A stretch of 63,787 bases of DNA, filler included, from an uncultured Methanosarcinales archaeon (GCA_964405295.1; 3 parts of 2 records of this genome joined end to end with filler, not necessarily neighbours in it); one strand, 5' to 3'. Counted from the whole stretch's first letter, positions 11,011-24,155 are shown. Numbers and translations are program-made. Notes: generated by a model from the letters alone, not told the origin.

Positions 11011-14000
11011 ATGAATAGGAAACTTACTAGGCTCTCAAGAAATATTAAAGCACAGATGACTATTTTTATAGTTCTAGGTTTTGTAATATTAATAATTTTT
11101 ATGATGCTTTCTATTGTTTCTCAAAGTGTGAAGAAAGCAAAAATACAAGGTGAAGCAAAACAGGCTTTACAATCTTTTGTTGAAACTTCAACAATTCAAC
11201 AGTATATTGTTTCTTGTGTTGATACTGTTCTAGAGGATGGTGTTGAAAAGATTTCTTTGCAGGGTGGAAGTATTTACGATTATCAATATGGTGATTCGGG
11301 AGTTGGAATAAATACTTCTGAGTTTACTATGGGCAATGATTATATTACTATTAACCTTAGTGCGTTACCTTTAGCGAATAATTCTTATTCTGATCAAACT
11401 AATAGGACAATTAATTTAACTTATGCTATGAGGATTTCAAATAATACAGGTGAGTTTCCATATCTTGATGGTTCCTTAAAATTTCCACCGTTATACCCTT
11501 ATGCATATAAAAAATTATCTTTTTTAAATGGGTTTGCTTATGGTGCTTTTCTTTACATACCTATGTTGGAAGGTTTTTATGGTGAAACAACAATACCTAA
11601 ACTTTGTCTTGATCAGCGTCAGTGTGGTTCTGAGGATTCAGCTCGTTTTAATAATTTTAATAAAACAACTTATGAAGAACAACTAGAATTATACCTTGAA
11701 GTAAAAGTTCAAGAATGTGTTAATTTTTCTTATTTTGAAGAAATGACTCCTAATACTCTAAAAAGGGGAAACATAAGTGCAGAAGTAATTTTTTCTATCG
11801 ATAAAATAACAGCGGTTTTAGATTATCCAATAACTCTCTATTGGAGAGATGCAGAACCTGTAACAGAAATACTTAGTTTTAATAAAAATAAAGATATTCG
11901 TTTCTCAAAAGTTTATAAGTTGGCTCATACTATATTAAAATATGAATCTTTTGATCTATTTTTTGATCCACTAGATTATCAATCTGTTTATGCTGCATCA
12001 AATTTTTTTAGTTGTAGAATGGCTGATGGTTCACGGTGTTATGATTCTCAGATTAGTGTAACAAAAATTCCTAATGTGTGTACTGATTGTGAAAACGCTC
12101 AGTTTGATGATTTGATTGTCATAAGAGATAATTTTTCAAAGATAAATGGTTTACCTTTGCAGTTTCAGTTTTTAATAGAGAATAGAAGGCCTGCACTCGA
12201 TTACATTTCTTTTTATCCTATTACTAACATTGATATTATAGCTTTTGAAAATCAAACTCTTGATTTAACCCCAGAAGGTTATGATCCAGATAACACAAAT
12301 GTGTGGTATTCTTATTCTGGTTGGAGAGAAGATTATTGGACTTGGTTTAATAAAAGTCTATGGTATGTTGAGCCTCCTTCAGATCCTGCTGGTTTTAATT
12401 TTTCAGATTATGGGGCTTTGAGTCCAGGTGGTTCGTTATATTTTACATATTTTGGCAGTCCTCCTCATCCAGAAAATTGGACCCGGTCTCTGGATTATAT
12501 TGATACTGGTCAAAATGCAAGTTGTTATGTTGAATATGGTGATCTTGGATTGCATGCAGTTAATGTTACTATCTGGGATGAGGAAGGTTTAAGAGATTGG
12601 CAAGAAGTAAAAGTATTTGTTAGAGATTTACCTAAAGCAATTGCAAATGGAAGTAATAATTTTTCAGATATTGGTAATGGTAATGCTTCTGTCGAGGACC
12701 CATACATTTTAGATGCATCTTTATCGTACTCGATTATTGGTGAGCTTGCTGATGAGTTTATGTATTATTGGCATGAGACTGTTGAACCAATAATTATTGA
12801 AACAAGTCATTTAACAACTATTCTTCCTCACGCTGTTCCTTATTCTATTCTTGATATTTTAGATTATGTTTTTAATACATCAGAATTAAATGGAGATGTA
12901 AAAAGGGAATCTACTATTACCCTTAGTGTTGGTTTAATTATGGATGATGGTTCAATAGTTTATGGTGAGCCAGATTATATGTATCTAAACGTTTCTCAGT
13001 GCTTGCCTCATGTTAATGCTGATAATCCTTACAATCCTTATCCTTATAATTTAACTACAGGTTTTCAGGCAACTCATGCGTGTTGTGGTAATGGAACTGA
13101 GGGGTACTTGTGGGGAGAAAGAAAAAATTATACTGCTATTTGTTATAATGTTACAGAACACGCTGCACTAAAATATTTTATTGATAATTATGATCCTTGG
13201 TATGCGGGTTATCTTGATGAAGCAAATGATCTTACTCATAATGGGTACCTTCCTCCTATTGGAGATGATAATGATGTTTATACAAGAAATTTTAGTAGAT
13301 ACTGTGATGGAACAAGAGGAAATATTTGTAATGGTTCTGGAGTATACGACTTAGTTGTTGCTGATAATTGTGAATCTACACTTTTAAGTCATCAGGCAGA
13401 ATCTTGTTATGGCCCTCCTAAAATTTACTTTACAACTCCAGGTATTGGTGAAAATGCAGATGAGTGTATTATTTATTCTGCTGGAGATACTTTTGAGGAA
13501 TTAAATAATGGTGAAGATAATACTCGTGCCTGCTCAGATGGCTTTGCCTGTTATGGTGTGGTAGATTTAGCAGATAATCCTATATTTAAAGATAGCGGCT
13601 TGCTGCAATACAGAACTGCAACTTCTGTTGGTGATTCAGGAGATATTATTGGTTGTGATCAAGCATTTTGCACAGGGGGTAGTGTTTCTGACGATTTAGG
13701 TAATTGTGCAAAGGTTAAGGGTGCTGACTGTTCATGTTCCAGTGCTTGTAATCCAGATATTACTAGTGATTGTAATAATGAAGATCCTGGTTTTGATTTA
13801 GGATCAAATACTTGGTGTAATATTTCTTGCACAGTTCAAGAATGTGGTTTTTATAATTTCGATAGTTCCAACACTTATTCTTGTTTTTCTGAGTGTGGTG
13901 GTTACCAAGATTGTTTTGATGATGGCTCAGGAACTATTTTTTGCGATAGACCTACTAGTACTCCAAATCGTGAGTGTTTAAAATGTTATAATGATGGAAC

Positions 14001-14274
14001 TGGCTTGCAAGAAGGCGGAATTAATGGTGTTGAGAAATGTGAAATGGCTTGTGATGACACAGAACAGGATTGTGATGAAGAAGAACAGGGTGCTTTAGCA
14101 AGTTATAATTTTGGTGCAGGTTGTAATGAAGAATGTGCATTTTTCGATTGTGGAAATTTCAGATTTGATGATTCCACTTTTACTTGTTTTGAATCTTGTA
14201 CAACTGATAATCATTGTAAAGATTACTATGAATGTCAAATTACTACCGGAAATTGTGTTTTCGGTGGAACTTAG
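11011..14274 (+). CDS. Large class III signal peptide surface protein with Cys-rich C-terminus
   Basis: IKA/QMTIFIVLG N-terminus; acidic; dense Cys in the last third. Confidence 0.75.
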   Translation: MNRKLTRLSRNIKAQMTIFIVLGFVILIIFMMLSIVSQSVKKAKIQGEAKQALQSFVETSTIQQYIVSCVDTVLEDGVEKISLQGGSIYDYQYGDSGVGINTSEFTMGNDYITINLSALPLANNSYSDQTNRTINLTYAMRISNNTGEFPYLDGSLKFPPLYPYAYKKLSFLNGFAYGAFLYIPMLEGFYGETTIPKLCLDQRQCGSEDSARFNNFNKTTYEEQLELYLEVKVQECVNFSYFEEMTPNTLKRGNISAEVIFSIDKITAVLDYPITLYWRDAEPVTEILSFNKNKDIRFSKVYKLAHTILKYESFDLFFDPLDYQSVYAASNFFSCRMADGSRCYDSQISVTKIPNVCTDCENAQFDDLIVIRDNFSKINGLPLQFQFLIENRRPALDYISFYPITNIDIIAFENQTLDLTPEGYDPDNTNVWYSYSGWREDYWTWFNKSLWYVEPPSDPAGFNFSDYGALSPGGSLYFTYFGSPPHPENWTRSLDYIDTGQNASCYVEYGDLGLHAVNVTIWDEEGLRDWQEVKVFVRDLPKAIANGSNNFSDIGNGNASVEDPYILDASLSYSIIGELADEFMYYWHETVEPIIIETSHLTTILPHAVPYSILDILDYVFNTSELNGDVKRESTITLSVGLIMDDGSIVYGEPDYMYLNVSQCLPHVNADNPYNPYPYNLTTGFQATHACCGNGTEGYLWGERKNYTAICYNVTEHAALKYFIDNYDPWYAGYLDEANDLTHNGYLPPIGDDNDVYTRNFSRYCDGTRGNICNGSGVYDLVVADNCESTLLSHQAESCYGPPKIYFTTPGIGENADECIIYSAGDTFEELNNGEDNTRACSDGFACYGVVDLADNPIFKDSGLLQYRTATSVGDSGDIIGCDQAFCTGGSVSDDLGNCAKVKGADCSCSSACNPDITSDCNNEDPGFDLGSNTWCNISCTVQECGFYNFDSSNTYSCFSECGGYQDCFDDGSGTIFCDRPTSTPNRECLKCYNDGTGLQEGGINGVEKCEMACDDTEQDCDEEEQGALASYNFGAGCNEECAFFDCGNFRFDDSTFTCFESCTTDNHCKDYYECQITTGNCVFGGT

Positions 14275-14461
14275 GTTTCTAAATCTTTATTCTCTGTAAC
14301 TACCTTTGTAAAATCAAAACATATTTAAATGCTAATACTAGATTTAGGTATATCTTTGTTTATAGTATTTAGTTATAAATGAAGGGGTGTGTTTGAGTAA
14401 TCAAAGATTATTGTGTTTATATTTACTAGATATATTAATAATATGTTAAAGGGGGCGTAGA

Positions 14462-17400
14462 ATGACTTTATCAAAACAAATATTGCTAACATTTCTGATA
14501 CTTTTTGTAATAGTACTTTCTTCTGGAATGGTTCTCGCAGAGTGTGCCAATGACTCGTCCCAGCCAGGTGCTGAACAGTTTTGTTGTGAAGAATTATGTG
14601 ATACAAACCCTGTTGATTGTGAATTAGTTGTTGCATGTGATGGATTAAGTGCAGATTTTTATAGTAGGGCTTATGCGAACCTGAACGGATATGAAATAAA
14701 AGATGATTGTCTTGAGTGTAGTGCATTTTGGGGCTCTGGTACTACTTGTAATAATAACGCTTTAGGTTATTATTCATGTTTTATTGCATGTGAGCACCCA
14801 GATGGTTATACTACCGAGCTTGAGAATTGTATGTTTGATGAAATAGAAGTTATTGCAGGAAATTATTATTGTTATGTTAATGATGTTCCATCTCAGCAGC
14901 CTAATGATCCAATAACAACTTGTGACATTGCAAATCCTCCTTCAGGAGAGTATACTATTAGTGGTTCTCTTGAAGTTGAAAATAATGATTATACTATGTA
15001 TGTTGATGATTTTGAATTAGAATTTACCGGAGGAAGTTATCCTGATTATAATATAAATGAAGATGGATCTTTTATGATTACAGATGTTGCATCAGGAGAT
15101 TATGTTATAACTTTTACAAATGCAGCGATAATTGAAGATGTTTGTATTGGTTGTTCTTCTCCTTCTCAAAGTATTTCTGTTACAGATGAGGATTTTGAAA
15201 TTACTCAAACAATAGTTGCAACTTGTGGTCCTACTGATCCAGAACAATGTTCTGGCACTTCAACTCCTCCTCCTGTATGTATTGAGGATGAATGTAATCC
15301 TGCATGGAATTCTATTTGTGAAGATGGAGTATTCGTTTACTATAATTTATCTCTACCAGTTGATTATTCTTACTATTGTGGTGAGGATCAATGTGAAAAT
15401 TTTGATCCTGAATGTACTGATTTGACTTGTCAAGGAAGTGTCAATTGTGATGGTATCTGTCCTCCAAATTGCTATAGTCCTGAGCAAGATCCTGATTGTG
15501 GTATGGGTGGTTGTGAGTTTAGTTCTTCAGTTCATAAGTGGTGTAATACAACTTTAGAAGATTGGCAGTATTATCCAATTACTATTCCTCAAGAATTTTA
15601 TTGTGATGTGTGTCCTCAAGATGGATGGATTTGTCAAGGTTCTACATGTGGCAATGGTATTGTTGAACTTGAGTCTGGTGAGCAATGTGACTATGGTGTT
15701 TTGCAACCTGGCGGCCATTATGAATGGACACAGACAACTGAGATTTATCCAGTATCCCCTGTTGCAAGTACGTGCCATTTTGATTATTGTTTACCTCCAG
15801 AATCTCCAAATGGAGGGTGTGCTTGTAATCTTATTCAGAATGATTGTGGTAATGAATGGATTGAACCTCCAGAAGGATGTGAATCTCCTGCATTTCAATG
15901 TGAGGTACAGGGTTATGAATGTGATTTGTATGATTGCAGTTGTAATTTGCTGAATAATGATTGTGATTTTACTGCTGATTCTACAATTGAATCTATTATG
16001 GTTTCAGTTGTTCCTTGTGATGATGATCTTACTATAAGGGTTAGTCTTAATCCTTTATGTGCCCAATACGTAAATAAAATAAAACTTTATGATTGTACTA
16101 GTGGTGTTTGTGTTGGGCAAGGTGAGGAGTTTTTAACTATTACTGGTGGGCAAAACCCTTATGCAAATTTTACTTTTAATGTTGGTTCAAATTATAATCA
16201 TCTTTATAATTTCTCTGCTCAAGTTCACTTTGATGAACCTAATCAAGTAGGTTGGTCGGATATTGCTTCAGAGAAAGCTGTAACTTTTCTTACTGGAGAT
16301 CACGAATGTTTAACGTGGAACGATCCGCTTAATAGTGATTCTTGTCAAATATGGCGATGCGCAAGTAGCAGCACATTAAAGAAGAATTGTAATTCTACTA
16401 ATCATTTAATAAATGAGTCTTGTGGTGATAATTCTATTTGTTCTATGGCTACTGGTGTGGCAGAATGTTCAGAAAATATTCTTGTCGATGATTGTGATTC
16501 TTGTATGGGCATGGCAGGAATGTTTTACTCTAGTGATCTTGTTGGTTGTGATGATTATTTTAATCCAAGTGGGAATAATGTAGCAAGTTGTTATTTTGAT
16601 GTTGGTTATTCTAATGTTAATAGGGCATATTCTTGTTTGTATGTTGATTCTTGCTATGATTATCATTCAGAGTTTGCATGTGGTGAGGATTCATGCGAAA
16701 AAGGTTATGGAAATAATGCTTGTGAATGGGCACCTTATAATATTCAAACGGGTCAAGGAGTTTGCAGACCTGCTCTTAGTGCACTTGAGGATTGTTCTCA
16801 AGCAATAAATTTTAATTCAAATAATGTGTTTCTTTTCAGTCAACTTCTAAGTGAATCAAATTTTTCTGCATCTTCAGATAGAGTTTGTGAACTTTATGGT
16901 GATTGTTTTTACACACATGGTTCTAATGCTATTTCACCTGCTAGGTGTAAAAATTCAAATGAAGTTATTTGTAATGATTTTGTTACGCCAGAACAATGTC
17001 TTGGTGAAAATTTGTTAAATTTTGAGCTAGATGAAACAAATTATTTAGATGTTATAAACTATTCAAGTAATATAATCAGTTCACAGGCAAAATGCAAATG
17101 GGTTGATGAAGAATGTATTAGAGATGCTGACGATAATGGAAATGATGATAATGATAATGATGATCCTTTGTTAATTTTTATGGAAGATAATCATGATGTT
17201 GATGTTGCAGATTTAATTGCACAAAGAGATTTTGTTTCACCAGATACAACACTTCAAGATATTCCTGAAAATAACTTGTTTGGTATGAACCTAGAAATTC
17301 CTTTTAATATTGAAGATGATTATTCTCCTTTGAATATTACAACTTATAGTTGTTTAGAATATAATGGTGTTGACGAGCCTGTACAATATCAACTTGAACA

Positions 17401-20400
17401 ATATGAACCTAATAATGTTTTTAATTCTTTAAGAAGTTGTAATTTTGATAGTGGTAATTGGGATGAAGTTGAAGAGTTTAGTTTAGCTGAAAATCCCTCA
17501 AGTGATGGATATTATACCATATACTTTTTTTCTGTGGATAACGCTTTAAACATCGAAAGATTAAAGGCAATAGATTTTCAAGTAAATACTATTTTACCTA
17601 AGTTTCAAATGAATTATTCATATATTACTTATCCTTCTACTCCAAATTATATAAGCACCTTAACTATTGAGTTTGAAGTTACAAGTTCGTATAGTAGTCC
17701 TTTTACTGATTGCACTGGTTACTTATATTTAACAGGGCCAGACAATCCTATACCTATAATGGATCCTCCACCAGTAATGAATGTTACTGGAATAGGTGAT
17801 AGTTTTAGTGCAACCTATACTGGCCGTGAAGATAATACTTATTTTTATAGTATTACTTGTACAGATACGATTTTAGGAAATACTAATAGTGAAGTTTATG
17901 AAGTTCTAGTTGATGGGGATACAAGAATTTATGATGTTCAGCCTCATTACGAAACATTTAAGGCAGACTATTTAGATTATTCTTTAAAGACTCATAATGA
18001 TGCAACATGTTATTATAGGCTTCGTGAAAGCATTGATGCCCTTGCTTTATTCTCTGAGATTCAAGATTGTGGCATTCAAAAATCTCTTCAAGCTGGAGAA
18101 GGAATGCTGGAATGCGGTATTTTTAATAAAACTCTTGAAGGCGGTGAATATATACATGAAAAAAATAACATTCCATTCCCTGTTGCTGAATCTGCAGTTT
18201 ATGTCTATGATGTTGCATGTAATATAAGTATTTACAACCAGACAACTGGTGAATACAATAATGTTTTAGTAAGAGGGAATAATAATGATCGAATAATTTT
18301 TGCACAGGATTATAATGCGCCAATTATTACTCTACAAGTTACTGAAAACAATGTTACCGGGGATTATGAAGATCTTGATCCTTATCATTGGTATGCTAAT
18401 CCTTATATAAACGCTACTTGTGTTGATGACTTAACTTTTAGAACTGGAAACTTTTTTGTTTTTGGCCATGATCTAAGTTTCGGTTGTTCAATAGGAGAAA
18501 ATCCTAATTTAGATAACTTGTTTTATTGTTCTTTAAACGGATTTAATTGTTCTCCTGAAGGATATGCTAAACCAAATCCTTTTATAGAGCAATATATTGA
18601 CCCTGATCTTGGTACTCCAGGACAGAATTCAGGGGGTCATGTCCAACACATTTGTACTTATGGTATGGATAATTATTCTCCAGATCCTAATCAAGGAGAA
18701 ACTCTTTGCAGAAATATTCTTTATGATGGAGTTGATCCGAGTATAATTGATGGAGGGTTTACTATTGTAAGACAACATGGTTCTAATGAACCTGTTGATG
18801 TTATAAGTAAAGCGTTCTATAACATTCTAATTGATGTTGACGAGCCTTTAGGTGATTATGCACTTTCTTTTACTATTTCAGATGGGTCAATTCAAGGTAG
18901 TATTTCATTAGAACCTGTTTACGATTCTGGGCTTAATAGATTAATTGCAACACTTAACATGTTTGCTTACCCTGATCTTGATGGAATTGGGATTGATGAT
19001 AATGTAACAATGGACTTTACTGTAGAATTAACTGATGTGCATGGTAGAGAAAGCACTTTTAGTGATGAGGATTATCTTTCTTATTCTATAGATACAAGTC
19101 TTCCTGCTGCACCTATTCTTGAACCCTTGTTTGGAAGTTTTCATAGGGATGTGGGAATATTTTATGATATTATCGGCAACGCCTATCCTGTGATGTTTCA
19201 CGAGGAAAATACAGTAAAGGAACACACTGCTTATGCAGGTGAGTTATTTAATTTAGATGATGGTTTTTATTCAAATCAAGAAGATTTGTTTATTACAGGA
19301 TTTATTTCAGATGATGAGCCGGTAAATATTTCTCTTTTAAGTTGTGGTCAAACTGAAGATTTACAGTTTTATACAATAACTATTGATGAATATGACCCCT
19401 CTTTGTATAATGGTGTTGATGAGAATAATCCTTGGGAATACTCTTATAGTTCTCATGGTTTAATACTTGCACTTAAGGGAAATAATTCAATTCACTTGGA
19501 TGATCAGGTGATTGGTGACCAATTTGATGAGATAGTGGGGAAATATGTGAAACTGCCTATTGATTCAAATGCATATTCTTCCGGAAAGGCACAAGGCAAG
19601 GTAACAACTTATGGAAATTATTTCAAGTATTATTTAGTCACAGGTATTAGTCGTGACTCAAGTGTGTCAGGAGACATACACGATATAATAACTATTAGTC
19701 CTGCACTTGAAGAAAATTTACTTCCTGATACTGGGCTAGAGTTTTATGATTCAGATGGATTAGATAATCAACCAGATGATTATTTTGAATTAAATTTGGA
19801 AACTCCTTACGAGTTTGCTTGCGATCTTGGAACTGGTTCAAATCTTTATACACTAAGAGCAAGATCAAGATATGTAAATGGTTTGTTAAATGATACATCA
19901 AATATAAATTACTTAATTGATACTGCTGCACCTGAGATCAGGCACGTATTTTCTGCGCCTGCAGGAACAACTATTGATTCAACTCCAACAATTGCTTTTA
20001 ATATTACCGAGCACGCTTGTGGCTCTGGTTTATTTTTGGGAAATGCTCAGTTGGTACTAACAAATATTGTTACTAATGATTCAATTGCTTATGACCTTGA
20101 TGAACCAACAATTGGTCCTGCTGAAAAAGCTAATCTTGTTCAATACGGGTTTACTATAGATATACCTGACTATCTAGCTCAAGCAGAATACGAAGTTAGT
20201 TTGTTGATAGAAGATTATGCAGGAAATAAAGTTGTTTTAGAAGATGGTGAATGGGTTATTGATATTATTGATTCTTCAGGTGTTGCTAAGCCAACCATAA
20301 TTGTTTCTGAATCAGATTCAGATTATAATTCTTGGAATAAGATTTATTTTGTTAATGAAACACCAACTATAACGTTGTCTTCCGGTGATTTTGAAGATGT

Positions 20401-20697
20401 ATTAGTAAAACTACAACCAGGGAATATTCCAATGGTTTGTGTTGATGATCCGATTCTAGAAGAAGACGAATTTATTTGTCGTTTAGATGAAGGTGTGTTA
20501 ACTGAGCAAATATATGATATAGATATTACTGCTTTGAATGAAGAGGAAGAAGCTATTGGCCATTGGGACGATATAAAATTAGTTTATGATGTTACTGCTC
20601 CAAATGTAATTGATTTAGAAATTCCTCTTTCAATTAGGTCTGGTGACAAAAGAGTTTTCAAAATATATCTTGATGAACCAGAAAGAGATATTCTTAC
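14462..20697 (+). CDS. Giant secreted Cys-rich and Ig-like repeat protein, truncated at contig end
   Basis: Signal peptide, CGNG..E.GEQCD motifs, D..AP-type beta-sandwich boundaries; open for over 2000 codons to the spacer. Confidence 0.8.
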
Positions 20698-20797
20698 NNN
20701 NNNNNNNNNNNNNNNNNNNNNNNNNNNNNNNNNNNNNNNNNTTAATTAATTAANNNNNNNNNNNNNNNNNNNNNNNNNNNNNNNNNNNNNNNNNNNN
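20698..20797. other. Artificial contig-joining spacer
   Basis: 44 N + TTAATTAATTAA (stops in six frames) + 44 N. Confidence 0.98.
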
Positions 20798-20930
20798 TAG
20801 AAACTTGTGTAAAACTCAATGAGAAGGATCTTAAGAACAAAACAAAAATAACTATCCAACCATAAGATAAACCTCTGCAGAAGTTAAGTGCATGAATTAG
20901 TTTAATGTTTTTGTTATATTTGTTCTGCAT
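20798..20930 (-). CDS. N-terminus of an MFS-like transporter, truncated at contig start
   Basis: KNIKL...IFVLFLRSFSLSFTQV resembles MFS helix 1-2. Confidence 0.5.
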
Positions 20931-20960
20931 TTAATTATTTTAGGCTAGAAGTTTATAAAA

Positions 20961-22304
20961 TTATTGCACAATCTTTTTGCAATTAAAACGATTGTGAGGT
21001 ATTTGTGCAGATGTATATCTATCTTTAAAATAATTCCATCGCGCAGTCATTAATTGATAGGTGTATTTTTTATTTTCATCTAGCTTTAGGTATTCACTAT
21101 CATCAAATTTTGAAGGAATATTTTTTTTAATTTCTGTAAGAAGAAAGTTAATAAAATCTTCTCCTTGCGTTAAGAATCTTCTATCTAAAAGTTTTAAAGC
21201 ATGTTCAAGACCAACAAATTCATATGTTTTATAGGATGAATCTCCATCTGCTTTACAGGATATATCAAAACTTCTTTTATTGTGTGCTATAAGTTTATCT
21301 CTTTGGATTTTGTTTAATCCTCGCCTCAAGTTTACAAAATTATTTATTTTAATTGTTCTCCCAACATTTGGAACCATTCCGTGTTGGTCTTTATAGCTTT
21401 CTCTTATGGCTTCAATAATTAGGGTTGATCCAAAATCGTCTAAACCAATAATTTTTTCTTTCTTGAAATTTGGATATTCTTGATGGATTAGTTCTGCATA
21501 TTTATCTATATTTCTTTCATAAAAACTTGCAGCTGCACAAACTTGTGCTTTTAATATATTGTTTTCTTCTGTATCTGGTTTCCCTTCTTTATCTGTAAAA
21601 ATATTTTCAAATAATTTAAAATATTTATGTGCATCATTATCTATTGCATTTTGGACTAAACGAGCAAATATTCTTTTCTCTGTATGATAGGTTAACGCTG
21701 AATCAATTACTTCAATTAAGTTGTCCTTTTTAAACAATTTAAACTCATTTTGATAATCATTTTGTACTTTTTCTATTAATCTAAGCTGGTTTCTTGGGGT
21801 TTCTTTCCACGCAAAAAACGCATTTCCTAATATTTGATAATAATTTTTATTTTTTCTTAATTTTTCCCTTGTGGTATTCAATTGACTCGTTATTATTTCA
21901 TCCTCGACTTTTTTAATAAATCCTTGATTTCTAAAAGCAATAAATAAATCACTTAAATGGTCTGGGTTTATATCTAAACCTTTATTTTTTAGATATTTGT
22001 GGATAAATTCTGATGATGCAAACTTAAATCTTTCTTGAAGCAAAATTTCTATATCAAATGAGTTTTTGTTATCTGAAACTTTGTGGACTTTTAAATCAAA
22101 ATCAGAACTGTATGATCTTGCTAATAGTACTAAAGGGTCAGATTTTATGAGATCTTTATTTATATCTGATCCTTCTTTGTAAATTCTGTAATTAATATCT
22201 GTTATGAAGATATCAACTATTATTCCAATATTAATTAAATCATTAGAATTTTGAAAATCGCTTTCAGGGCACAATTGTTGAACAGGAATAATTGTATTTG
22301 GCAT
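20961..22304 (-). CDS. Hypothetical soluble protein
   Basis: 447-aa ORF, no motif recognised. Confidence 0.6.
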   Translation of the reverse strand: MPNTIIPVQQLCPESDFQNSNDLINIGIIVDIFITDINYRIYKEGSDINKDLIKSDPLVLLARSYSSDFDLKVHKVSDNKNSFDIEILLQERFKFASSEFIHKYLKNKGLDINPDHLSDLFIAFRNQGFIKKVEDEIITSQLNTTREKLRKNKNYYQILGNAFFAWKETPRNQLRLIEKVQNDYQNEFKLFKKDNLIEVIDSALTYHTEKRIFARLVQNAIDNDAHKYFKLFENIFTDKEGKPDTEENNILKAQVCAAASFYERNIDKYAELIHQEYPNFKKEKIIGLDDFGSTLIIEAIRESYKDQHGMVPNVGRTIKINNFVNLRRGLNKIQRDKLIAHNKRSFDISCKADGDSSYKTYEFVGLEHALKLLDRRFLTQGEDFINFLLTEIKKNIPSKFDDSEYLKLDENKKYTYQLMTARWNYFKDRYTSAQIPHNRFNCKKIVQ

Positions 22305-22406
22305 ATCTTTGTAAGATAGAACTAGTATTTAATATTTTGGTTTAAATTGGAAGGTTTGCGGTTTTTAGGTGTTGAGATGTATAAGCTCTAAGCACACGCT
22401 ACACCC

Positions 22407-23600
22407 ATGCTAAACATCCTAATTGCAATCATCATTGGAATATGTGCAGGAGTTATAACAGGCTTAATTCCGGGTATACATATAAATCTTATATCTGCAC
22501 TTCTCGTGTCGAGTGCAGCTGCATTCTCTAATATTCCTTTATTATACTTTGTTTTGTTTATTATTTCTATGAGTATAACTCATACTTTTCTTGATTCTAT
22601 TCCTAGTATTTATTTGGGTGTTCCTGATCCCGATATGGCGTTGAGTATTCTACCTGCACATAGAATGTTGTTAGAGGGTAATGGGTTTCTTGCATTAAAA
22701 TACACTCTCTATGGTTCAATCGCAGGATTAATTGTTTCAGTAGTTCTTTCTCCTGTTTTAATATTTGGGATTCCTTTGTTATATGCATTAATAAAGGATT
22801 ATATTGGTTATATTATTCTATTCTTTGTATCATTAATTTTTTTAAAAGATAGAAAAAGGTTTCTAAAGAACTTATTTATTTTTTTATTGGCAGGAATATT
22901 TGGAATACTTGCATTGGATATGAATCTTAACCAACCAATGTTTCATTTATTTACTGGTTTGTTTGGAATCAGTAATTTAATATTGAGCTTAAACACAAGT
23001 AAGTTAACAAAACAAAAGTTTCAAGATATAATAATAAAAACCAAACACAAAGTTTCTGTTTTTATAGCAACAATTGTTGGTATAGTAGCAGCATTTCTTC
23101 CTGGTATGGGTTCAAGTCAGTCTGCAGTTCTTGGAATGAGTTTGATGAAAAAGAAAGATACAGAAAACCCTTCTGTTTTCTTAAGTTTTATCGGTGGTAT
23201 TAATACAGTTAATATGTTTGTTTCACTAATAACATTTTACACAATAAATAAAGCCAGAAATGGTAGTGTTGTTGCAGTTAAAGAGATTGTTGGAGCAATA
23301 AATTTACCAACATTATTGCTTTTAATTGCTGCATCTCTCTTTGTTGGCGGTGTTGCGGTCTTTCTTGGAACTAATATTGCTAAAGTGTTTTCTAGAATTG
23401 TGGAAAAGATAAATTATAAGATGTTAATTTTATCTATAATAACTTCAATAGTTATTCTAAGTTTTGTATTTGATAGTTTTCTTGGATTAATAATTATTTT
23501 GTTGGGAACTGCACTGGGAATAATGACTTCAAAACTAGAAGTTGCCAAGTCTTATTTGATGGGTTGCTTGCTTGTGCAAGTTCTGATATTTATGCTTTAA
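22407..23600 (+). CDS. TctA-family (tripartite tricarboxylate transporter-like) membrane protein
   Basis: GLIPGIHIN, THTFLDSIPSIYLG, LPAH and FLPGMGSSQ motifs. Confidence 0.8.
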   Translation: MLNILIAIIIGICAGVITGLIPGIHINLISALLVSSAAAFSNIPLLYFVLFIISMSITHTFLDSIPSIYLGVPDPDMALSILPAHRMLLEGNGFLALKYTLYGSIAGLIVSVVLSPVLIFGIPLLYALIKDYIGYIILFFVSLIFLKDRKRFLKNLFIFLLAGIFGILALDMNLNQPMFHLFTGLFGISNLILSLNTSKLTKQKFQDIIIKTKHKVSVFIATIVGIVAAFLPGMGSSQSAVLGMSLMKKKDTENPSVFLSFIGGINTVNMFVSLITFYTINKARNGSVVAVKEIVGAINLPTLLLLIAASLFVGGVAVFLGTNIAKVFSRIVEKINYKMLILSIITSIVILSFVFDSFLGLIIILLGTALGIMTSKLEVAKSYLMGCLLVQVLIFML

Positions 23601-24053
23601 TCACATAAAAACAGATACAATACTTAAGCCTAATTTTGTCATAAAACCTTTGAACTGTTTACCAAAAGTTACACCTTTCAAATCAATTTCTTTATTGCCC
23701 AATTTTTTATTTAGAACTTTTATTGGTGATTCAGAATCCATAATATCATCAATTGTTGATTTTCCCTTAACTATAACATTGTAAGTAGGTTCTTCTATTG
23801 ATTCACAATTATAAGAAGTTACTAATCCATTTTCAAATATTAAGTGTCCAACAAGTTCATCTTCATTTGTAAAAACATTAAATCTTTCATTCTTGTATGG
23901 GATCATTTTAGGAACCGATGTTCCCATCTCAATATTTGTCTTTGTAAATATGTAATCGCATAGTTCTTTTCCTTCAGAACCAGCTGTTTCATTGTTCGCA
24001 TATACAAATGGAACAATAAGCAAAATTATTAGTATTGTTAGTAGTTTTTTCAT
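23601..24053 (-). CDS. Secreted hypothetical protein, possibly SCP2-like
   Basis: Signal peptide; alpha/beta pattern ending KEIDLKG. Confidence 0.5.
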   Translation of the reverse strand: MKKLLTILIILLIVPFVYANNETAGSEGKELCDYIFTKTNIEMGTSVPKMIPYKNERFNVFTNEDELVGHLIFENGLVTSYNCESIEEPTYNVIVKGKSTIDDIMDSESPIKVLNKKLGNKEIDLKGVTFGKQFKGFMTKLGLSIVSVFM

Positions 24054-24155
24054 TTTAATCTAGTTCTTAGTTTGCTATTTTTAAAGTTTATTACAACTGA
24101 GGTTTAATTTCTTATATTTTGATATATTTCTCAGTTATAATGACCAAAAATTGTA

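Noticed and set aside
17129..17163. GATAAT/GATGAT repeat
   Set aside because: It encodes an Asp/Asn-rich stretch within the giant protein.
20698..20797. TTAATTAATTAA palindrome within N runs (also 46553-46652)
   Set aside because: Artificial six-frame-stop linker; adjacency across it has no biological meaning.
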